Origin: a virus
Lineage: Duplodnaviria; Caudoviricetes
Virus record (IMG/VR): IMGVR_UViG_3300020183_000415
Location: 1-25,620 of that record
Strand: one strand, 5' to 3'
DNA: 25,620 nucleotides
A model generated the notes under the pieces. The model saw nothing but the letters and a program-made list of their open reading frames with translations, ran no database searches and was not told the DNA's origin. The translations under genes and the position numbers were made by a program. Shown here one piece after another: positions 17,956 to 25,620 of this stretch (positions are counted from its first letter, which is position 1; every line of letters starts with the position of its first letter).

Positions 17956-20515
17956 TCAATATAATAAGAGTTTGTGCAGTTGCATTTGAAGTAAATGCAG
18001 AAGAAACCGCAAGATTTGTATTACTTATGATGCTACTTATGGTTCTAATCACACCATTTACAGCCACATTAGAACCTATAGAAATAATACCATTTGTATT
18101 GGCAATATTAAATTTAGTATTTGTACCGGTAACAAATATAGAAGAAGCTGTAACATTCACAGTACCAGAGATTGTATTGGTTGATGTGGTGGAAATTGTA
18201 ATTGTATTTGGTGTAATTAATTTTAATTCATTCAAATCAGCATAATTTACAAAACCTGCTGGGTGCATGAGTTGTTTTAATATTGTTTTATATTTTGAAA
18301 ACTCGGTAAGTGAAGAAGTTACATAAGAATAATTCACATAGTAATCACGACCTTGCAATTTTCTTTCAGAGGTAGAAAGAATAGAATCAGATGTTCTCCA
18401 ACGACCGGGTAGAGTTATGTATCCTGCTTCAATTTGTGCATTAGCCGTAGCCGTTCCACTACCTGTACCGGTTAAATCAACTTGTGGAATAAATTCATAT
18501 CCTGAACCACCACTTAATACTTCAATGCTTATAATTTGGCCAGGCTGCGTATTACCAATAAATGGCGTTAATATTTCACCATCACTCATTATGGCTGAAA
18601 TTTGAATGTTTGCGTTTGCACCTGAAGCTGTTGAAATAGTTAATACTGGAAAATTATTTTGAACATAACTCACTCCACCAATTGGATAAACTCCATAGCG
18701 ACCTATTTTTTTACCTGTAGCCGTAGAAGTGAAATTTACATTCACATTTGCATGAGTAACATTTGAAATTGAATTAATATAACGACTTTCATTGTTAATA
18801 ATAATTCTATCGCCAACTCTAATTTCTGTACCAAAATCAGTTCCTGTGCCAATCAATTGTGCTGTATTATTTGAAATATTAGCTGTTCCTGTAACTCTTG
18901 ATGGTTGAATTTCAATTTGTGTAATTTGTCCATTAGCTAATACCGCTTTGACGGCTGCAGCTGCACCACGACCATTTGTTCCTACAGGGTTAGAACCAAA
19001 GTTAATTTCATCGCCAACGGCATATCCTGTTCCGCCATTATTGATTGCTATACGACCTACTGAACCAAATGTTTTAATATCAAAAGTGCTATTACCAGCA
19101 GTATATGTTGCGCTATTTGCGTCTAATATTGGTGATATAGCTGTAGATGTATTTGAAAAAATAATAAGAACATTAGTAATTGGCCCAAGACTTGTAATTT
19201 CTAATGATGTAAGAGCATCAGCAATAACTGTGGCTACATTTTCACCAGCGGCAATAATTGAACTTGGAAAACCATAATCAGCGGCTGAAATAACTGTGTT
19301 AGCATAGGTTGAAATAACATCGTCATTGACAGTATATGTATTTGAAGTTGAATTAGCAACTCCTGTGGTATCAATACCATCAACTGCCAGGTCTAATAAA
19401 AACGGTGAAGCAATATTTGATACTGCAATATCACCACTATTGAGGAAACCGGCACCACCATTAGTAACTGTAATAGAATCAATATAACCTTCAACAACAT
19501 CATCAACAACAGCAATAGCATCTTCTGAAGCGCCACCACCAGTCACAATTACAACATCACCTACATTATAACTTGAACCACCATCAATAACAAGAATACG
19601 ATTGACAAAAGAAAAAGTATCTGTTTCTAATGTGATAAGTGAATCATCATCAGCAACTATATCAACTTCAACTATTTCTCCTTGTTGAAAAGAACCAAGA
19701 AGTGTTTTTTCACTAATGAATAATTCAAAAGGAAAACCAAGGTTTAATTGGTCAGTAATAATTCTTTCGGTAGCTTTTTCAATTAAAGCTGTGGCGCCAG
19801 AAGTGACGCCTGTTACTTTGCGATTATTAAGTAATTCAATATTAAAATCAGAATAAACTATTTTAACTTCAGAATTGGCTGAAGGTGCCGTATAAAATAC
19901 AAGTTTTTTAGTTTCTTTGCGGAAAAAATAATCAGTTAATTCAGTTTTTAATACATCATCTACAAAAACTGAAATATCACCATTTGTTGGTTCTTGAGCT
20001 AATAGGAATGTAGTATTACCTGAGGCTACAGCACTAGCAGAAGTGTTACCATTGGCGGTATAAAGGCTTCGTATATCTGTTTCAATACGAAGAACATTAT
20101 CAATTACCCATTTACCATCAGAAGCTCTTAATACATTATTTTTTGGTAAAATGATGTCAACTTCATCATTAAAGAGCATTCTAAATAATAGTTTAAATGC
20201 ACTCTCTGAACCTTTTGCTAAATACAAAGGCAGAACATTTTTAATTAGAAATGCTTTATCAACCTCAACATCTTTTGGTATGAGTGTAGCATAACTATTA
20301 AAAAAGTTAGATTCAAAATCATCAATAGATAAATCAACATCGGAAAGATGTTTTAAGTCTTTTGCTTTGGCTGTTAAATCGTTTAGTTGAGTGCCTTGTT
20401 GTGTTTCAAGGTATTCATAGTAAGCTTCCAAAAATGTAATGAATACAGGATATTCTTCCCGAATAAACTCTGGAACTTGACGATTAACAAGTAATGAGGT
20501 TTTTAAGTCAGACAT
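17951..20515 (-). CDS. gp7: Baseplate wedge initiator gp7-like
   Basis: QVPEFIREEYPVFITFLEAYYEYLE...YLAKGSESAFKLLFRMLFN...LRASDGKW; C-terminal KLQGRDYYVNYSYV...YKTILKQLMHPAGF; several GGxGY beta repeats; located between gp6 and gp8. Confidence 0.8.
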   Translation of the reverse strand: MSDLKTSLLVNRQVPEFIREEYPVFITFLEAYYEYLETQQGTQLNDLTAKAKDLKHLSDVDLSIDDFESNFFNSYATLIPKDVEVDKAFLIKNVLPLYLAKGSESAFKLLFRMLFNDEVDIILPKNNVLRASDGKWVIDNVLRIETDIRSLYTANGNTSASAVASGNTTFLLAQEPTNGDISVFVDDVLKTELTDYFFRKETKKLVFYTAPSANSEVKIVYSDFNIELLNNRKVTGVTSGATALIEKATERIITDQLNLGFPFELFISEKTLLGSFQQGEIVEVDIVADDDSLITLETDTFSFVNRILVIDGGSSYNVGDVVIVTGGGASEDAIAVVDDVVEGYIDSITVTNGGAGFLNSGDIAVSNIASPFLLDLAVDGIDTTGVANSTSNTYTVNDDVISTYANTVISAADYGFPSSIIAAGENVATVIADALTSLEITSLGPITNVLIIFSNTSTAISPILDANSATYTAGNSTFDIKTFGSVGRIAINNGGTGYAVGDEINFGSNPVGTNGRGAAAAVKAVLANGQITQIEIQPSRVTGTANISNNTAQLIGTGTDFGTEIRVGDRIIINNESRYINSISNVTHANVNVNFTSTATGKKIGRYGVYPIGGVSYVQNNFPVLTISTASGANANIQISAIMSDGEILTPFIGNTQPGQIISIEVLSGGSGYEFIPQVDLTGTGSGTATANAQIEAGYITLPGRWRTSDSILSTSERKLQGRDYYVNYSYVTSSLTEFSKYKTILKQLMHPAGFVNYADLNELKLITPNTITISTTSTNTISGTVNVTASSIFVTGTNTKFNIANTNGIISIGSNVAVNGVIRTISSIISNTNLAVSSAFTSNATAQTLIILI

Positions 20516-22572
20516 TAAATAGCTTCAAGTGTTGTTACAATAGATGTAGGATCTTCTTCATCAATGGTAATAATGGTATTACGAACCGATTGTATAATTC
20601 CTTTTTCCGATTCAATAGACAAACGGATCAGTCCATCATCTGTGTCTATTGAACGAATATTGATGTCATTAATAATAATCTCACCGGTATCATAATCAAT
20701 TGTACCAGCTGTTGAATCAACAATTTGTCTTTCAGCGTTTGTGTCATAGTAAATTGTTCTTAATAAACCTGTGCGAGTATCAATCACAGCCGTTGCGGTT
20801 GCACCATATCCATTGCCGCCAGTAATCGTTACAATAGCACGAGAATAATCAATACCACGAGTTGTCACTTCAATACTTTGAATTGAACCGTTGACAATGG
20901 TAGCAGTAGCATTAGCACCTGTGCCATCACCAGTAATTGTCACGGTTGGTGCAGTTGTATAACCTGCACCCGGATTTGTAATTGAAATTGAACTAATTCC
21001 TGAAAATGACTGAGGTATTTCTTCAAATGTTACCGTTCTTGCCACACCATTAGAATCATTAACACCAAATTCTGACGACACTAATTTATTTGAAATAGTA
21101 CCACGATGTAAAGGCACATTAAAATTAATTGTATATGCTTGACTTTCACCAATGGTTGGTTTAAATCGTTTTTGCACACGAACAATTGTTTCTGAGCCAA
21201 GAATGGCATTTAAGTCGGTTTTGTCTATATCATCTTGTAATTTAGAAAGTATAAAACGAGTATCAAATTTATTTAATTCACGATCACGATAAGTTAAAAC
21301 AGCATCACGAATAACATTTTTAATTGATGTTTCAGAGCTTGTTGTTTTTTTAGCATCATATTGAACGGTGTTTTCAACAATGAGATATAGAAATTCTGGA
21401 TCCAATATTTCAGCTTGAACAGCTACAATAGCTTTAGGTGAAATAATTTCATCAATGATTCTTTGTTTTTCTGTTTCTGAAATATAATAATTAGCTGTTG
21501 GTTTCAATGAAACAAATACTTTACCATAAACACGAGGAACATTATCTTCGCCACCCCATATGGAAACAGAATCAAGGTTTGGATAATTGTTTAAAATATA
21601 TGATTCATAATCTTTGAATGTCACTAAACGATTTTGTGTTGAGAATTGAGCCGCAGCTGAAAATTTAATATCATCCACAGATTCACGGTCAGCGCCACCT
21701 GCAGCTGCACTCACCGGTGTAATTGTAAAGTTTGATTGTGAGTTACCCAATGAATCGGTGAGTGTTGCTGTGGCTACAAAATTATTGGCTTTATTTGCAG
21801 CTGTTCCATTGTTTAATAGATATGTGGTTGATACAGAAGCACCATCAGGTAAAGATTTACCAATAACATCGTTACCAAAATAAATTTGATATTTTCCATT
21901 TCGTTCTTCTTGTAAGAAAAATACCTCAGATGAAGCATCAATATCTAATATATCTGTTACTTTATTATAAACAGATGTTGAAGTATTACCCACACTTGGC
22001 GCAACAGTTACTTTTAGTGTAGTGGTATCAATATTACTATCAGGTAATGTAAATACTTGTTTTGGATTTGTAGCTGCATTATGTGTAAAATTATAGGTAA
22101 CAAGTTGACCTTCATAAATTTCAAGATTTTCAAACACAAATTGACTATTGGCTTTTGTTACAGTTACATCATCAAGCACTACAAAATTATATGATTTAGA
22201 ATCAATTTGATTTGATAGAAATGAAAAACCCTCCGATATAGTCATTGTAGCTGCAGTTGTTGTATTTGATTCTACTGAAAAATCAATAATTGCTACAGGA
22301 GCTCGTGTTGAATATGGCACATAGTTTAATGTTTTAGCATGTGACACAGCTGAATCTCTTAATAGTGCGGTATCAAGGAATGCCTCATTGGCAACCATAT
22401 TAAGATAATAGGCATTATAATGAGTATTATAAGCCAAAATATCTAATAGAATGTTTAAACCAGCTCCATCAAAATCATAGTCGGTAAATTCTGCTTGTTG
22501 ATTTAAAAATGTTTTTAGATTTGTCTTGATTGTATCAAAATCAAGTTCTGATATTCTTAAACGGTCTGCCAT
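20515..22572 (-). CDS. gp6: Baseplate wedge subunit gp6
   Basis: ELDFDTIKTNLKTFL...FTDYDFDGAGLNILLDILAYNTHYNAYYLNMVANEAFLDTALLRDSAVSHAKTLNYVP; GGADRESVDDIK...QNRLVTFKDYE; WGGEDN...YGKVFVSLKP. Confidence 0.93.
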   Translation of the reverse strand: MADRLRISELDFDTIKTNLKTFLNQQAEFTDYDFDGAGLNILLDILAYNTHYNAYYLNMVANEAFLDTALLRDSAVSHAKTLNYVPYSTRAPVAIIDFSVESNTTTAATMTISEGFSFLSNQIDSKSYNFVVLDDVTVTKANSQFVFENLEIYEGQLVTYNFTHNAATNPKQVFTLPDSNIDTTTLKVTVAPSVGNTSTSVYNKVTDILDIDASSEVFFLQEERNGKYQIYFGNDVIGKSLPDGASVSTTYLLNNGTAANKANNFVATATLTDSLGNSQSNFTITPVSAAAGGADRESVDDIKFSAAAQFSTQNRLVTFKDYESYILNNYPNLDSVSIWGGEDNVPRVYGKVFVSLKPTANYYISETEKQRIIDEIISPKAIVAVQAEILDPEFLYLIVENTVQYDAKKTTSSETSIKNVIRDAVLTYRDRELNKFDTRFILSKLQDDIDKTDLNAILGSETIVRVQKRFKPTIGESQAYTINFNVPLHRGTISNKLVSSEFGVNDSNGVARTVTFEEIPQSFSGISSISITNPGAGYTTAPTVTITGDGTGANATATIVNGSIQSIEVTTRGIDYSRAIVTITGGNGYGATATAVIDTRTGLLRTIYYDTNAERQIVDSTAGTIDYDTGEIIINDINIRSIDTDDGLIRLSIESEKGIIQSVRNTIITIDEEDPTSIVTTLEAI

Positions 22573-22573
22573 T

Positions 22574-22978
22574 TTATCTAATTCGCTCTAGGAAAAAATT
22601 AATCGTAATTGGGTTTGGATCATTAATCACAAAGAATTCTAATTCAACTTTAAAACCATTATTATCTGGATCTGGTGATGCTGTTACTTTAGATACTTGG
22701 GCACGAGGTTCAAAATTGTCAATTGTTTCGGTAATTTCTCTTTCAATTTGTGCGCCAGTTACGGCATCTACATTTTCAAATAAAAGGCGGCGTATATTAC
22801 TACCAATTTCTGGTTGAAACAGCCTTTCATAATGGTTTGTTAAAACCAAATTCTTGACTGCATTTATAATCGCATATTCATTCTTATGCGTGTTAATATC
22901 TTTCTTTACTGGATGAATTGTAAAATTCAAATCCAAATCTTTGAAAGACCTTGCGTTATCTATATCTACTGTAGCCAT
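22574..22978 (-). CDS. gp25: Baseplate wedge subunit gp25 (GPW/gp25 family)
   Basis: FKDLDLNFTIHPVKKDI...AIINAVKNLVLTNHYERLFQPEIGSNIRRLLFEN...IDNFEPRAQV...FLERIR. Confidence 0.93.
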   Translation of the reverse strand: MATVDIDNARSFKDLDLNFTIHPVKKDINTHKNEYAIINAVKNLVLTNHYERLFQPEIGSNIRRLLFENVDAVTGAQIEREITETIDNFEPRAQVSKVTASPDPDNNGFKVELEFFVINDPNPITINFFLERIR

Positions 22979-22982
22979 GTTC

Positions 22983-22990
22983 TATTTATT
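22983..22990 (-). promoter_or_regulatory. Late promoter variant AATAAATA
   Basis: ATAAATA core overlapping the gp5 stop, 4 nt before the gp25 ATG, with no SD. Confidence 0.55.
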
Positions 22991-23984
22991 CTACTTCGGA
23001 AGCGGAATTAACATCCGAGCAGTCTGTTCCACTGGTTCTTGTATCACTAGGGCACGAAAAGTCTTTTTTACCAGACTGCCTTCTATCATAAAAGTTACCA
23101 CCAATCCAACGATGATAATCACCATTATGTCTTATATGTGAATCGCCTTTGATGGTTTCAGTTTTACTACCTACACTTGCATTAAAAGCTCCACCCACAG
23201 TAAGATTAAAATTACCGGCAACTTTCCAATTTACATTACCGTCCACGAATAAATTAACATCACCTTGGACATAAACTGAATCGTTACCAACAATTACACT
23301 AAACTTGTCTTTTTGGATGCGTTCTGCACGGTCTCCAGCAGGTCCCCATTCAACATATGAACCTGACCGATGGTACAAGTGTATTCTTTCGTTATTTTTT
23401 GTGTCATCAAACTCTAGGGCGTGTCCTGATTCACTTTCATATACATTATTATATGGGTAAGTGGCATTGTAATATGGATTTGGTTCTACCCGTGAGGCCT
23501 TCTTTGCTTTTTTAAGTGATACAATAGAGTCATCTATGGTTTCATTTCTTGCCAAACGTGAAGTGGTTGGTTCATCAAGTTTTCTTGGATAAACTGTTTG
23601 TGTTTCATTTGGCTTAACTGGCGCTGAAGTGAGAGCTTCAGCTGACCTTGGATCCGAGAAAGCCTCTTGTGGATTGCCTTCTTTTAATGGAATGTTTGGA
23701 AATACACCAATCATAACTGGTTCTTGTGCGTTCTCACCGTCAACAAAGAAACCAAAAACCATGTCACCTTCTTTTGGCGCATATGGGTGTGGATTATTTA
23801 CAGGAAGGCTAGGCATAGACCATGGTAAATTTTCGGTTGGTAATTTCATCTTATCATCAGCATGCCAACCAACACATCTTACACGACAACGGCCAAGTTT
23901 TAATGGGTCTTGGCGGTCTTCAACAACACCCACCCACCAAATGAATCCATTTTTACCAGCAAAATCTTTATTTTCGTTTTTCAT
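22986..23984 (-). CDS. gp5: Baseplate central spike gp5 (OB-fold + beta-helix, no lysozyme domain)
   Basis: GFIWWVGVVEDRQDPLKLGRCRVRCVGWH...VFGFFVDGENAQEPVMIG (gp5 OB domain); YPYNNVYESESGHALEFDDT...ERIHLYHRSGSYVE; V-x-G octapeptide repeats. Confidence 0.92.
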   Translation of the reverse strand: MKNENKDFAGKNGFIWWVGVVEDRQDPLKLGRCRVRCVGWHADDKMKLPTENLPWSMPSLPVNNPHPYAPKEGDMVFGFFVDGENAQEPVMIGVFPNIPLKEGNPQEAFSDPRSAEALTSAPVKPNETQTVYPRKLDEPTTSRLARNETIDDSIVSLKKAKKASRVEPNPYYNATYPYNNVYESESGHALEFDDTKNNERIHLYHRSGSYVEWGPAGDRAERIQKDKFSVIVGNDSVYVQGDVNLFVDGNVNWKVAGNFNLTVGGAFNASVGSKTETIKGDSHIRHNGDYHRWIGGNFYDRRQSGKKDFSCPSDTRTSGTDCSDVNSASEVE

Positions 23985-25321
23985 TAGATATAGGTCATTA
24001 ATTTATTATTTTGTTCAGGATGGCTTACAATATCGTGTTGATTATTAGTAGAACTAGAAACCATTTCAATAATTGTTTCGTGCTTATTATAACCAATAAC
24101 ATGTCTTGCGGCCACTATAAGATATTTACCATTTAAACTAGGATCTTCATTTAAATCACCCTTTTCTTTAATTGCATAAACGGGTACTGAGAAATTTACA
24201 TTAAAACCAGAAGATAATTGAAAATTACCAGGCATGACAACCTTTATTCTTTTATTAGTTAAATTTTTAAAAATTGCTTTTCTTTGAAACATATAATTTT
24301 CATAACCTTCGTCTTTTGAAATTGATATTGGGTCATTCTGTTTAATATATTCTGAAAATTTTCTGGCTGTGCTAAAAAAACTTAAAACTTTACGAGCATC
24401 AAAAGAGGTATCATTAAATTTATTATCTCTGTTTTGAATAGCTGAATAATTTGGTTTTATATTACCGTGTTTCATGCTTGAATAGTGATCATTATAGGTA
24501 ATATTTCTTGTAGCAAAAGTTCTAGTTACAGGATCAAAACCAATAAACTTACCAGCATTAACACCACTTCTAGTTTTCTCAATAGAATCGTTTTGTGATA
24601 TTACTTCAAAACTACGAGCGATACTTATTTGTCTAATAGAATTACTTTGTGATAGATTTTGTGGATCAAATTTAATATCTAAAATCTGTTCTTGTGTTAA
24701 AAGTGTGGACAATGAAACAAAATTATAACCAATAAGATTTTTAAAAAAAACATAATTTGGTGAGTTTTGATTATCTAAGGCTCTTTTGGCGCACCATTTA
24801 ATTGCATCTAGTGGTGTTAAATTAGGTATGATTACATTACGAACACCTGAAGTTTCTTCATGAATGCCATTTAACTGACTTTTTGGAACTTTAAGATAAT
24901 CGTCTAATATTTTTCTAACAATTGTTGAATAGCTTGCTTCATAGTTTTGATTTACTTTCTGTTGGTCAGAATACATAAGTTCATCAGATACAAAATTAAG
25001 AACATAAGATTCACTATTTTGGTTTTTGTTTCTACGATTTGTTTGTTTATAAATTCTATATGCTTTTTTAATGCGAAAGTTTTCAGAATCGTTATCTTTA
25101 GCCATATCAATTAAAATAACTTCGGAACCATCAAATAAAAGTTTAGATGATAGTCCAAAAGAATCGGTAATTAATATATTACCACTTATTATAGGCATAA
25201 ACAGAGAATCATAAAGATTTAACTCAACAAAAAGATTAGTAATATCAAAAGAACCAATTTTTGACACAATTGTTATTTCATTAATTTTAAACTGTGAGGC
25301 ATCTTTTACTGTTAAACTCAT
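23984..25321 (-). CDS. Baseplate hub protein (gp27-like)
   Basis: DITNLFVELNLYDSLFMPIISGNILITDS...VIIPNLTPLDAIKWCAKRA...YVFFKNLIGYNFVSL...VVMPGNFQLSSG...LNGKYLIVAARHVI; position between gp53 and gp5. Confidence 0.75.
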   Translation of the reverse strand: MSLTVKDASQFKINEITIVSKIGSFDITNLFVELNLYDSLFMPIISGNILITDSFGLSSKLLFDGSEVILIDMAKDNDSENFRIKKAYRIYKQTNRRNKNQNSESYVLNFVSDELMYSDQQKVNQNYEASYSTIVRKILDDYLKVPKSQLNGIHEETSGVRNVIIPNLTPLDAIKWCAKRALDNQNSPNYVFFKNLIGYNFVSLSTLLTQEQILDIKFDPQNLSQSNSIRQISIARSFEVISQNDSIEKTRSGVNAGKFIGFDPVTRTFATRNITYNDHYSSMKHGNIKPNYSAIQNRDNKFNDTSFDARKVLSFFSTARKFSEYIKQNDPISISKDEGYENYMFQRKAIFKNLTNKRIKVVMPGNFQLSSGFNVNFSVPVYAIKEKGDLNEDPSLNGKYLIVAARHVIGYNKHETIIEMVSSSTNNQHDIVSHPEQNNKLMTYI

Positions 25322-25324
25322 AAG

Positions 25325-25618
25325 TTAATCGCCTCTAATTACACGTCTAAATTCTTTTTCTACCTCTGGAACAAAATCTTTTTTTAATAATTTTATTTCT
25401 CTTTTAGCTTCATTTTCTTCTACCTCATAGTCGTAATAAGTTTGTTTTTCTTTAGTGATAACTTCAGTTACAACATCGTCACTATCTAATGTGTATGATG
25501 TGCTTGAAGATGCCACATTTGCATAGGTGTTAGCATCAACTTGAAACCTTTCTTCAATTTCTGTACCATCTGAAGCCGTTCTTGTAATAATTTTATAATA
25601 CGCTTTAGTATTATTAGT
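25325..25618 (-). CDS. gp53: Baseplate wedge subunit gp53, C-terminal part (starts beyond the right edge)
   Basis: Frame is open from the window edge (TNNTKAYYKIITRTASDGTEIEERFQVDANTYANVASS...) to the stop at 25325; C-terminal TYYDYEVEENEAKREIKLLKKDFV is the gp53 signature. Confidence 0.8.
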   Translation of the reverse strand, partial: TNNTKAYYKIITRTASDGTEIEERFQVDANTYANVASSSTSYTLDSDDVVTEVITKEKQTYYDYEVEENEAKREIKLLKKDFVPEVEKEFRRVIRGD

Positions 25619-25620
25619 GC

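Noticed and set aside
32-24048. All plus-strand ORFs in the track (e.g. 32-229, 6440-6769, 9695-10027, 23629-24048)
   Set aside because: They are antisense shadows of well-supported minus-strand genes, favoured by Thr/Gly/Ala codon bias. None shows recognisable motifs or expression signals.
25325-25516. 63-aa ORF with GTG start as a complete gene
   Set aside because: The frame stays open to the window edge, so this is the C-terminal part of gp53.

Overview
AT-rich segment of a large T4-like myophage genome (Tevenvirinae/Kyanoviridae-type gene set, probably an aquatic uncultured phage; the host cannot be determined from this window). All real genes are on the minus strand and form one late structural region. 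From right to left: partial gp53, gp27-like hub, lysozyme-less gp5, gp25, gp6, gp7, gp8, a 1985-aa DUF4815/VrlC-like protein, then about 10 kb of short fibre/receptor-binding modules. These include a cupredoxin-bearing fibre, two paralogous adaptors, two glycine-rich paralogs, an S74-chaperone fibre, LamG-SPRY and a triple-repeat protein, and the array is interrupted by an endonuclease VII-type HNH gene. T4 late promoter boxes (TATAAATA and variants) sit at several gene junctions. Most notable: (1) strong enrichment of a small-residue-Asn motif ([A/G/S]-N-[T/S/V/A/I]) in peripheral but not core baseplate proteins, a candidate non-canonical N-glycosylation signature; (2) a 140-aa fibre gene missing from the ORF track that appears to start at ATT; (3) a plug-and-socket grammar of terminal peptides suggesting a hierarchically branched fibre; (4) a type-1 copper site in a fibre. 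Family assignments come from motif recognition only, with no database search.
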